Part shown: positions 52,269-64,000 of the stretch, piece after piece
How the letters are laid out: every line of letters starts with the position of its first letter
How positions within the stretch are numbered: the first letter of the stretch is position 1
Source: Octopus bimaculoides
Lineage: Eukaryota
Length of the DNA: 64,000 nucleotides
Direction of reading: 5' to 3'
Assembly (NCBI RefSeq): GCF_001194135.2
Contig: NC_068981.1
Coordinates: forward strand, 22,410,472-22,474,471
Notes under the pieces: generated by a model
The model's input: the letters and a program-made list of their open reading frames with translations, nothing else
Database searches by the model: none
Told to the model about the DNA's origin: nothing
Program-made: the position numbers and the translations under genes

Positions 52269-55200
52269 GTGAGGAAAGGCCTCATTTAAAGAGCATGTCC
52301 CTGCCAATCATTTGTATAACATCTTCAATGGTTTCTTATTTGCAATAGCATAGGACTACACTGGTGGAAATAAAGATCTCTTTAAAGAGAATATTTTTGT
52401 CTATCATTTGTATAACCTCTTCAATGGCTTCTCCTTTGCAAGCTTCCCCTAAGTACACAACCAACCATTCCTCTCTTTTGAAAAAATCTTTGCTCTGTTC
52501 TAACAGCTTACCGTCTACATCGGGCATTTCCTTCCCAAAATTGTCTCTCTCTGCATATTCCTTCCTGTACTAACTTGAGTTAGTTCAGCTAGTACAGTAA
52601 ACCTTCACTCCAGACAAGAATTACCTGCTGAACGCAAAATATAGCTCATTTAGAAAAGATCCAGAATGGCCAAGAGGAAAAGACTTCTAATTTAAGATAA
52701 AATTGAAATGAAATTTTTAAACTTTGGATAAAATTATAATTGTACACAACTCTTACTCTTTCTCATTTCTCCCTCCTCTTCTCGTTCTCTCTCTCTCTCT
52801 CTCTCTCATGTACTCAGTCTTCCTGTTTATTTTCTAACCCATTCATTTTCTCTGCACCATCTTGTCTTCCACTTTTTTCTCTTCATTCAGCCTGCACTAT
52901 GAGCACTCTTACACAAGTACATGTGCATGTGTATACATACACACACATACCTACACATTTATACACTGATGCAAGAGAGAAGTCAGCAATTATACATACA
53001 TGCAATCTAATGGACGTATAAAACGAACAATTGTTTTTAATGAAAACCAGATGTATTTACCAGAACTTACAGAATCTTGTCTGAAAATACATTTAGCATC
53101 TTCAGACCAAAAACATTTGAGTAAGAAAAAAATATACATCCTTCAAAGTAGATCTGCTTAACTTGTTACATTCTGTAGTAAGTTTCCTTTATTTTACCTG
53201 ATTTTACTGGAATGGTTTCTGTTGTTCTGAATTATCTATCTGCATACCTACTCTGTCTCTCCTCCTTGGTACCTTATTCCCTTATCTCATAGAGCCTTCT
53301 CCAAACACTTGCCCTGATATTTCCTCTTAAATCTGCAACACTGTCATTTTCTTCCCATCCCTGTTTTCCTTGCAAATAGACCTACAGATGTTTAAACTGA
53401 GCATTAATTTCACCAATTCCCTCAGTTAGACATGACCTGCAAATGTTATGGGCTTGGTTTCTCTCTTCAGTTCAAGTAAAATTGCCCAGAATATCATGCT
53501 TTTCTTCATATAACTAATTCCATTTTCCACTGGTCCAGAGGTGTTAAACTCACAATGATAAAGCTACAGGTTAACTGGGAAGTGCATTGTGTCGGTGTGC
53601 ACAATTTTCATCTCATGTTACTCCAGTATACTCATTTTCAAATGGGTAGATTTATTATCAGCTTAGCCATAACTACCCCTTTTTTGTATTTTCCTGAGAT
53701 GTTTCTTAAAATGGTATAGTGTGATTTGAGGGAACTATTACTGGCTGCAGTTTCTAGCAGGTTGAGGCTTTCATGTTGGCCTGAAACACCATTTGCTTAA
53801 AATTGCATGCCAGGTTTATATTTGTTTGTGCCTCAACACTTCTATTTAATAAAATACTTATTTCTACAAATCCTTTCAGATATTTGGTTACACACACACA
53901 CACACACACACACACAAATGTTTGTGTGTGTATATAAGCAAACCATCCTTGTTTTACTTAGATTTGTAATGAGAGAGGTGTATGTATATATTGTATTGAG
54001 ATTGATTTGAGCAAGTAGAAATGCCAACTATTTTCAGGAAAATTTCCAAAAAACACGAATTTATTGAGTGGTAGTTTGGCTCCCTTTAAGCACTCGGCCA
54101 TTTTTATATCTATTTTCATCATCTTTATATTTATTATTGATTTTTATTTCATAATATTTATCAAAATCTCTACTACTGTAGTCTTTACCACAACAGTTCT
54201 TATCAGTTTCTATGATTTTCTGTTATCAGTTGGACAAATCTATATTAAGATATTTAAAAACTTGATTCATATCTTGTGAACGCTTTATACTAACTTAAGT
54301 TGGTTTTTGAAAATTGACATTTGTATGTTTGGCACAATTAGTATAAATGCTCACCTCTTTAGCATTAAGACTGGAAGCTGTTAGATGAGTGGACAATACA
54401 AGTCTAAAGACCCATCACAATGGGCATATGAAGTAACCCAACAAATTCTCTCATTTGTTTTATGTCTTCATAAAATGAGTGAAGATAGATTACAAATATT
54501 TTAATTAAATTATAGCATATTTCTCCATGGAGCAGCTGACCTAGAAAAGTTAAAACTTCTCTCCAAAGTAAGGAAAGAAAAGATATGTAACATCTACATA
54601 TGGAAGATTCTGGATTGCAAGTGCCAAACTTTGCTACTGAAATCTCTACGAATCCTTAGACTGATCACCCTGCTTAGTACCAAAAGTTCTGCCCTGTCTT
54701 TGCTTCTTCAAGGACTTTGAACTGTAATAGTTTGGGTTTAAAAGGAATACTATTTTTCAAAACCTTCTAAAATTATAAGAAATATATACAGGAAATACAT
54801 GCAAAGACAATTCAAACAGCACATAGAAATTACACTGTGTACTTTCTTCATTACTCCATGAAACTGACATGAGAGCAATATCAAATTCCCTGTTTCACTA
54901 AATACCAGATGCAAAGGCCTCATGATAATAACACAGGGCCCCAGTATGATTTAAGGCAGACAGCTGAAACAAGTAAAAATGCAATACCAGAATAAACTGC
55001 AATAGTTTTTTTAAAACTTAGATTAGTTGACTAAAGTGGAGAAAACATGTACGAAAGGAAGAGACAGACGGTTTTGTTATTGTTGCTCTTTCTTGTTTAG
55101 TCAAACATCAGAACCTCCTTGCCTCACTGCATTGGAAATTCTTTCCAAAGTTTGTAAACAAACAAAGCAGAAAATATTAGTAAAAAATATATACATATAC

Positions 55201-55559
55201 ACCATTACATTGTTTAGGAATTGCTTCACAAGATTACAAAAACAGCAAGGTATTTTTGTTAGCTCTTGTCTTCAAATGCATTCAGCTCCTTTCAAGTATG
55301 GTTATAAGCATGACTTATTTCATTAGGCATCAAGGCTGCTAAAATAAACATGCTAAGGGCATACTGCTAATACGTTTGAATACTATTTCAGTGTGTGTCA
55401 CGTTTCTGGATTATATATGGTGGGCCAAAAGTCGCAAAGTCTGAGTGCATATTGCAATCTGTGGGTATAATCTGGTGGCCTCAACTGTTAATGCCAACTG
55501 CATTTTCATATGGCCTGCCAGCATGGAATATGGATGTTAAATGATAGTGATATATAATA

Positions 55560-55800
55560 CTGGGGCATCCAATAAATAATGCAGTTTTTTTATACTATTA
55601 TTTTTCAAAATTAAGATCAACAAAGTTCTTTTTTAATCTAAAATACATGCTCCTTCATTTTCTACAATGCTCTTCATTTTCTATAATGATCTGGTAGACT
55701 TGCAAGGCCCTTCTTCCAAAATTTACTTGATAACACAATTCTGGCAAAGTAATGATCGTGAATTTATAGAATATTTTGACCATTTGCTAGAAAAATAAGG
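55560..55800 (-). mobile_element. 3' end of a mariner element
   Basis: TA|CTGGGGCATCCAATAAATAATGCAG TIR-like end; minus strand encodes degenerate FWKKGLASLPD...IVENEG mariner C-terminus. Confidence 0.7.
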
Positions 55801-55829
55801 TAAAAGAAAAGTTGGATTTATTTTTAATC

Positions 55830-56830
55830 CTCGTTATCGAGTCCTCAGTAATGCTTTCATCATCAGAGGAGCCATTAGAACCCACATCCTCATCTAAATC
55901 ATCTCCATTTTCATCATCGGCATCTTCAGATTCCTATTTGCTGTATTAATGCAACCTTGAACTGTATTTGCTTTCAGTTAATTAAAAGCACCTTTCATAC
56001 GTTGAAGTACATTTGAATGGAGTGTCGGTTGTGTACTGCTTACCACCCACTCTTTTTACAACAGCCCAGACAGTCTCAATTGGTTGCAAATCCGAGTAAT
56101 GAGGTGGTGAAAATATTACTTCATGTCGAGCCATTCTTGCAATAATAGGAATTACATTATCTTGGATATACAAGTGCAGTTTATCCCATAACATAGCCTT
56201 CATGTTGTTGCCATCAAAACCAATTCCATATTTTGTAAAGCTTCTTGTAATGCTGTTTTCTGGTCGTTCTTTCTCTGCATATCTTCAGGTAGCTTTTTAT
56301 GGTAATTGGCATTGTTCATTATAAGAACATTGGATACATTTCTCCCTTTCAAAGACTGCAATAGGTGTCTCATCCATTTGACAAAGAATTTGTGGTCAAA
56401 CATAACATGATAATCCTTTGTTTGCTTCTTTCCCCCTTCAAAGATATCAAGCATATCCGTCAGTAAACCAGCCTGTAGCTCATCCGATTGTTAATCTTCC
56501 AGAATTCTATAATCAGCATCTATAATTGTAGCAATGAAACAATATCATTGGTCTTTGTAGCATGCAAAAATAGTAAGGTCCTGCTCATCATTTGGGTTGT
56601 ACAACGAATCCTCATGCTGACAATAGTTCTTGTGGATGTAGCTTTTATCCATATAAACAATCCTCTAACTTTCTGCTTCATTTAATTTCATCATTCGCTT
56701 GACATATTGGTCACGCATGAGTGAAATGTGTTCCCTCAAGTGGTAGTTTTTACTTTCTTACATCTTTCCTCTTAAATCCCTCACAGAGACAAAAATTTAT
56801 CAGGATATGAACTTCGTGGCAAGCTCCCTT
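55830..56830 (-). pseudogene. degraded IS630-Tc1-mariner transposase with a long D-E spacer (about DD79E, Sailor-like)
   Basis: VYMDKSYIH (D at 56647-56649), LIMNNANYHK (D>N at 56314-56316), PPHYSDLQPIETVWAVVK (E at 56075-56077), acidic C-terminus; stops and frameshifts. Confidence 0.8.
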
Positions 56831-57323
56831 GCTTTTGCAGGTGTTTAGGGCTTGGAAAATGATTGGTTGGTGGGAAAAATTCAAAACTACCCTCGATACT
56901 CTCTTGTTTAAGCAAATTGAAAACTAATCTAACAGTGGTTATGCTATCACTCTAAAATAGAATTCATATATGTGTAAACTTTACAATGTTCTACAAATAC
57001 TACATTTAAGATATAAAATAGTTTTAAGTTTATATATAAAGTTATATAGATATTATTTGAAAATTACCAATATATTTGGAATTCAACTTAAATGAGTGCT
57101 TGATAAATTTATGAAAATATGAAGCTAGTGAGTGAATAATATAAAGAGACAATAATATACAAATCAAGATATTCTAACATGTATTTGATAGCATATTAGA
57201 TGCACCCAAATTTCAGCACTGCATTTTCAGGAGAAAGTACACCAGGGACAAAACTAGCTTGTGGGAGGCCCAACTTTGCATATAAGACCCTGGTTGATCT
57301 TTGCTTTCATTTTTGAGACATTT

Positions 57324-57562
57324 TATTTCTTTACTGCCCACAAGGGGCTACACACAGAGGGGACAAACAAGGACAGACAAACAGATTTAGACGATTAGAT
57401 CGACCCCAGTGCGTAACTGGTACTTATTTTATTGACCCCGAAAGGATGAAAGGCAAAGTCGACCTCGGCGGAATTTGAATTCAGAATGTAACAGCAGACA
57501 AAATACTGCTAAGCATTTCACCCTGTTTGCTAACGTTTCTGGCAGCTCACCACCTATAAACC
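57324..57562 (-). mobile_element. type-2 SINE A inserted in non-SINE DNA
   Basis: 16-bp TSD CATTTTTGAGACATTT at 57308-57323 and 57563-57578; CpG-decayed. Confidence 0.88.
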
Positions 57563-58127
57563 CATTTTTGAGACATTTATGGGGTAAAAAAGCACATCAC
57601 TTACATAATCAAATGTGGTACATTTCTGTACACCCAGAACCACTAGCAGACACTTTTGGGTCTGTTGTAGGCAATGCTTTTTTTGAGGGGTTCAGGGGCG
57701 GCAAACAGAAGGGCCGTCCTGGGTGGCACATACTCTAGCCACACTAGTGCCCAGAACCAAGTTTAGGTTCCAAACCTTACACAGTGTTCATTAGTGGCAG
57801 AAAGACTACATTTAGAGGTTCAGTTTTATTTATTTCCACTGTGGTTTATGTAAGATAGAAATGAAAAGAGGCAAAAATGAATTCAAACAGTGGTTATACT
57901 GTCATGCTAAAATAATGTTACGTATGTAAACTTCACACAATACTCTCCTGGTATTGAATTTAAGATTTACTATAATTTAAAATTTGTATAAGAGCTTATA
58001 TAAATAAGCACTTATTTTACAAAATACATTGATGTTAAAATATGAGGTGTTTTATAAAGTATCAGTCTAGCAATTATATTGAATGCGGAAGATGGAATAG
58101 TACGTTGCACTGAATTTCTCAACTGAG

Positions 58128-58169
<42 letters not shown>

Positions 58170-58521
58170 TTCTTTATCTTGATATTTAGTACTTTCCTGC
58201 TTATACTAATCCTATAAAACTGTGTATGTGAATATATGTGTTTATGTGAAGGGAGACAAATAGATCACATAAGCCCATAAGTCTCTCTTGACTTAGTTAT
58301 GTGGTCATTAACCTTAACTAGTACCTATGTTGATATCTTCTTTTTGTTTCACTCCTTAGATTGCAGCCATGCTGGGGCACCACCTTGAAAAATATTAGTT
58401 GAATGAATCAAACCCAGTACTTGTGGTTTTTAAACTTGGTACTTATTCTCAGTCTCTTGTTGAACTGTCAAGTTACAGGGGTCTAAACACACAGACACCA
58501 CTTGTCTAGTGGTGTGCAGAT

Positions 58522-58570
<49 letters not shown>

Positions 58571-58623
58571 TTATTAGGTTGTTTCACATGCAATGTTGCA
58601 TTTTTAATTACTTCATATTTCAG

Positions 58624-58766
58624 TCATTTCAAAACTCAATTATGTATACCTTTCATCTAATCTTGACTCTTTTTCTTTCCCAACAATATTGGTATACAAA
58701 ATTCGTACCCACAAACCTTATGAAAATGATAACAACCAAACTATGTTGAGTGATTTTCTCGTATGA
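58624..58766 (+). CDS. candidate exon (ISKLNYVYLSSNLDSFSFPTILVYKIRTHKPYENDNNQTMLSDFLV*)
   Basis: Acceptor TTACTTCATATTTCAG|, open frame to TGA (or donor CTC|GTATGA); AATAAA near 58897. Confidence 0.3.
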
Positions 58767-59190
58767 GTACAAACTGGGTTACTCTGCCACAGAAGTTCTA
58801 TGAAATATCAAGTGGGCCTTTGGTAATGGTTCTGTTGACATCAGAACTGTTCAGAGCTGGTTCCAATGCCATCATTCAAGAGATGATAGCCTTGAAAATA
58901 AACAAAGGGGTAGGCCAAAATCAGTTATTCAGCCTCATGGATTACCTGTTTCAGTCACTAAACTGTGGCCATGTTAGGACACCAATGAAATTTGAAAGGT
59001 GGAACCTGTAGTAGGTTGTGCAAGCATGCAGTTTCCCTTATTGGTTTATTGGTTTCTTCTTGGATGAGTTGCTATGTTGTAAAAGCTGCAAGTTCTTGGA
59101 TATTATTAGTCCCAGGTCATCTTATGACTAAGGGCATTCCTGTTGTGACCAGCCTAACTTTAAGGTTACATTAATTAATGTCCTTTTTGA

Positions 59191-59300
59191 TTAAGATGGC
59201 GGTAGGGCATGAGTTATTTTTTCTATTTTTTCAAGCAGATCAGCCAACTGCATAGAAACTCCTTCGGTGTAGATCATCTTTGGATAACTAAGACATAGAG
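59191..59300 (-). CDS. candidate terminal exon (LCLSYPKMIYTEGVSMQLADLLEKIEKITHALPPS*)
   Basis: Acceptor CTTTTCATTTAG|, protein-like 35 codons to TAA, minus-strand AATAAA near 59050. Confidence 0.4.
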
Positions 59301-60721
59301 CTAAATGAAAAGCTAGCAGCTCATACAGATTTTATGGCTTCTGCTATAGCTAACATCATCTACAAGATTAACTAGCATTCACAAATTAATATTATAGCCT
59401 GGCAGAGATGTATGTCAATGTGAAATGACGATGATAATAACAATAATATAATAATTGGCAATGAATGTATGTAGATGCAGTGGGATTTTTATGCTTATAT
59501 TTAGTTACACAAAATACAATTGGAATGTATGTCTTTTTTTTTTTTTTTGTAATAACATTATCCGAGATATTTTGCATTTATTTTTATTAACAGTATAAAT
59601 GCCAGTCATTTTCTAACAATTTGAGCAAGAGTTTGTGATAAATTGAGCTGCTGAACTTCTCGGAACTTGACATAATCTAGTGCATGCATATTTTTGTGTA
59701 TGCATATATACTATATATGTATGAACATATATGTATATATGTGAGCGTGTATATATTTGTATTCATATGCATTTGTTTTGCAGTGATATCCAATTTTCCT
59801 TAGTTTGTAGGGTGGGATAGTCTTTGTTCTGGAGTAATTATGTCTACAGCTTAATCATCCCTCGCTAAACCACTTTGACTACTGTAGAATAGTCAATGAC
59901 TAAGTTTTTGGCGAGACAAATGGTTTTAAATTCCACTCCAGAACAAGAAGTGAATGACTGTAGTAAGGCTTTGAGCTTAATACTAAAATAGTTAATATTC
60001 TACAATCTTAGCTGACCATCCATAAAGTCTCAGTCAGTAAAAAATTACTACGTTATGTAAAAGTATTGTAGTTTGCGTGCAGCTCTGTAGAACATATTGA
60101 AAACTTGTATTATAGATGAAAACAGTAATGCAGACAGAAAATTAAATATAAAAGATACTAACAAAGATATTAAAATGTTACCTGAAAAATATTTAATTAG
60201 TCCTGATATACTGAGTTAAAAACTCATTTACAGAGGCTTTACTGATAGAATGGACATGAAAATTTCATCTCTCTTGTTCATTAATGCCTTTGGAATGGGG
60301 GTTTTTTTTTACTCAAAATATAATTATTTTTAAGGCAATATTTCAATATTTCTTTTTGATATTTAATCTTCTATCTACATTACTATGACTTTTTATATCA
60401 CTTTTATATGTAAAGCCATTTGAATATAAAAAGATAAAAGTCTGAGAGACATTCATCATTGATATTAGGTTGATGCTCAAAGAAAGAAAGAAGTTATAGA
60501 GTAAAACTATTTTTAGGACAAAGTCCTTCATTGAATACTAGAGGTAAGTCTAGGGAGTGGAAAAGAGAAGAGAGCCAGGAAAAAAGCACATATGGGTGAC
60601 ATTCACATGTTTGAACTCTAACTGGAAGTGCAAGAGGTAATCGTGCATTTAATGGCAAGGGAGTGCTTGTTAGTTTTATGTGTATGTATGGGTTATGGTC
60701 CCACTCTTTCAAGCTTGGGAC

Positions 60722-60769
<48 letters not shown>

Positions 60770-61371
60770 CTGGATTTCTAAACTGGAAAGTGGGTGAGCT
60801 TAACACAGTTCAGGAAATGAAGTGATCTTTTTAGCAAGAGGTGTAAATTGTAATATTTGGGCAAAGTTTTCCGTTTCTGTCATTAAACAAGATCTTATAA
60901 AACACGTTGGCAATTCATATTTCACATTTCTTTAATGTTGGGTTTTCGGCAAAACATCTAACAGTCTTCTCATGACTTATCAATTTACTACAATTTATCA
61001 GTCTTTTTGAACTTCTTTTTGCCAGAGGAGACTTTTCCCTTGATATCAATAAAGACAAAGATCTAGATCTGGAGATTTCCTGAATGATGTGTAGTTATAG
61101 ATTATTGTTGTTTGGCCTGAAGTCTTCCTGAGTGAGCTGACCGATAATCAAATGTTAAAAGCCATGATGATTCTGTCTTTTATTAAAATTATTTTTGAAT
61201 CTAGGACAACATTGACCTGAATGCATGCCTCTTACTCTTTTTCCTACAGTAGATTTGATTAGAGTGAGTTATGGTTGCTTTTTGTAATGGGGGGAGAAAG
61301 ATATGAATGTAAGAGATGAGAGGCTGTGAAGGTATATGTGGAATTATAATTTATGTTTATATGTTTATATA

Positions 61372-61775
61372 GGCGTAGGAGTGGCTGTGTGGTAAGTAGC
61401 TTGCTTACCAGCCACATGGCTCCGGGTTCAGTCCCACTGCGTGGCACCTTGGGCAAGTGTCTTCTACTATAGCCTCAGGCCGACCAAAGCCTTGAGTGGA
61501 TTTGGTAGACGGAAACTGAAAGAAGCCCGTCATATATATGTATATATATATATATGTGTGTGTGTATATGTTGTGTATCTGTGTTTGTCCCCCCCCCCCC
61601 AACATCGCTTGACAACCGATGCTGGTGTGTTTAGGTCCCCTTTACTTAGCGGTTCGGCAATAAGTCTGATAGAATAAGTACTAGGCTTACAAAAGAATAA
61701 GTCCTGGGGTCAATTTGATTCGACTAAAGGCGGTGCTCCAGCATGGCCACAGTCAAATGACTGAAACAAGTACGG
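61372..61775 (+). mobile_element. SINE B, full length, relatively young
   Basis: Close to the family consensus. Confidence 0.92.
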
Positions 61776-62536
61776 AATAAAGGAATAAAGGAATGTTTAC
61801 ATGTGTTTGAGCTTCAATTGTATATTAATAATGCAAAAATGCTTAGAACATATTGTTTTTATTTAAATAACATTCCTGTAATAGTTTAGAATTTGGCTTA
61901 GAAAATTACCCATGCACTTCCAATATGTGTGTGTGTTAGTGTATATATATAAACTCTGTGCATGCATTTATGTACGAGTGCATGCTTGCGTATATACATT
62001 ACTCCTTTCAACAATATGCAAACAGCTTGTATATTTTACTGCTGTACCTTAAACCGTTTTTATCATGCTTACAATGTGATGTCAGAAAATGTTACCATGA
62101 CAGCAAAAGAAACCTCTCCCTTACCCGCTTTTCTACCTTTTTTTTTCCCTCTTCCTCTTTCAGTAGACTCTATTTATAGAATTGCTGGTTCCCTCCCACA
62201 ATCATCCCTCACTACTTATAAAATACTGTCTGTAGTTTTTCTTGAAAAAAGTTACCATAAGAGTTAAAGAATGAGGGTTAGGGACGCAGAATCAGACGAA
62301 AGCATTGCCTTCCACAGGGATCGTAATTGACTGCGAAGCTCTTTATTTATTTTGGTTATCTGTGTAATTAGGTTTGTTTAATATTTACATTATTTATTAC
62401 GTATGATCCTTAATAATAAAATACTTCACCCAGTATTTACTTCCTTGTTTCATTTCTTTGATAACTTTGTTTATAGTTGCCAAAGATTTTTTTTATCTTT
62501 AATGATTTTATTTTCTCATACCTGTGTATGTACCTA

Positions 62537-62589
<53 letters not shown>

Positions 62590-63584
62590 AATCTCTCATC
62601 CTTCATCTTGTTCACCTCCACCCTGTTGCTAATTAAATTTTGCTCCCTCCTACCCTGCTGTACAAGATGCTATCAAACTAATAATTTTGCTTCTTGGTAT
62701 CATTATTAAAAACTGATGTGTGGGGGACAAGGCTTGTTTCCTAATCCATCATCACTTCCTTCCCATTCATTTATTCACACATCTCCTTTTTAAAATTAGA
62801 ACTTCTCTTCCACTCACTTTTGTTAAAACCCAATCAGAGTCGGAAACTTAAAGATGAAAGAAATACTTGAAACATTGTTATACTTGTAGATCTTAAAGCT
62901 CTTTAACACTCACACACTGTTTATATTGAATGCAAGACCTGACTGTCAGTTCATGGGGTTTAAGTTCGGTGTAGGTATTCTTTTGTTTCTTCTAGGCAGA
63001 GCATTTAATTCTCTGTTAATACAAGGAACAGGTACCTGTGTTTTCTGAAGGGAATTATCTCTCATAGCTTAGTATCTACATGAGGGACGAGTTGTCTCTC
63101 AACCACTTAATATGAAGTACTCTGTGATTTTTTTTATTTCTGCTTCTTCAATTTTTTATGTCTAGGCACTGTTATAGCCTGTGAGCTTAAGTTTTCTTCC
63201 CAATCATGAAATTTTGGGTTCAGTCTCACTACGAGGCACCTCAGGAAAGTGTCTTTTACCATACTTCCAGGCTGACCAAAGTCATGTAAATGAATTTGGT
63301 AGACTGAAACTGAAAGAAGCTCATGTGTGAGGGTGTGTGTGTATTTGTGAGTTCGTATATGTTTATACCACTCCTATTGACCTGTAAAACATCCAAATTA
63401 TACACTGAATTTCTAAAGCGAAGTGTGTGTGTGTGTGTCTGTGTGTGTGGTCATATATGTGCATGTGTATGCTCCATTTTTACTTTATTATCTACATAAT
63501 GCTGATTTCTGAAACACTACCTTCTGTTGTATTTCAGTTATACTGTCTCCTCAAATAATATTACATTCTTAAAGGTGTAAATAT

Positions 63585-63693
63585 AGCTGTGTGGTAAGAA
63601 GCTTGCTTCCCAACCATATGGTTCCAGGTTCAGTCCCACTATATGGCACCTTGGGCAAGTGTCTTCTATAACCTCAAGTTGAAAGAAGCCCAT

Positions 63694-63731
<38 letters not shown>

Positions 63732-63905
63732 GTGTGTGTGTGCATCTGTGTTTGTCCCCCATCACTGCTTGACAACCAGTGTCGGTGTATTTACATCCCT
63801 GTAACTTAGCAGTTCAGTGAAAAAGAGATCAATAGAATACATACCAGGCTTTAGAAAAACATGTACTGGAGTCAATTCATTTGACTAAAAATTTTTCAAG
63901 GTGAT
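63585..63905 (+). mobile_element. SINE B, CpG-decayed (further fragments at 58350-58520, 63190-63330, 63915-64000)
   Basis: Family consensus with CG>TG/CA changes. Confidence 0.8.
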
Positions 63906-64000
63906 GCTCCCAGTTGTCTGGTTTTGAGTTCAGTCCCACTGCATGGCACTTTGGGCAAGTGTCTTCTGCAATAACCTCAGGTTAACTACAGCCATGTGAA

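Noticed and set aside
60518-60544. 27-nt plus-strand microexon with GAG|GTAAGT
   Set aside because: It lies beyond the putative plus-strand poly(A) site and opposite the minus-strand candidate; no supporting context.

Overview
Eukaryotic, AT-rich, draft-assembly DNA with multiple N gaps and dense microsatellites. The SINE families look like those of octopus/coleoid cephalopod genomes; this taxonomic call is from recall, not a search. No rRNA, intact tRNA gene, CRISPR array or recognisable host gene is present. Most of the window is transposon-derived: at least five SINE families, Tx1-type and CR1-type LINE relics, mariner, Merlin-like and DD~79E IS630-Tc1-mariner relics, and several MITE/foldback elements. 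Weak splice-signal evidence suggests exons on the minus strand (21.5-25.6 kb, 43.4 kb, 59.2 kb) and on the plus strand (46.2-58.8 kb). A sharp drop in CpG from about 48 kb suggests a methylated gene body. Two observations stand out. (1) A 307-bp TSD-flanked element at 45828-46134 joins a tRNA-derived Pol III head to a minimal Penelope-type hammerhead ribozyme and carries an inverted partial terminal repeat; a second hammerhead-like inverted relic lies at 42.2-42.5 kb. (2) A Tx1-like LINE, an ORF1-only derivative and a tRNA-SINE variant share one 3' terminus, and the SINE variant repeatedly inserts at the same position inside the tRNA-derived head of its own family.
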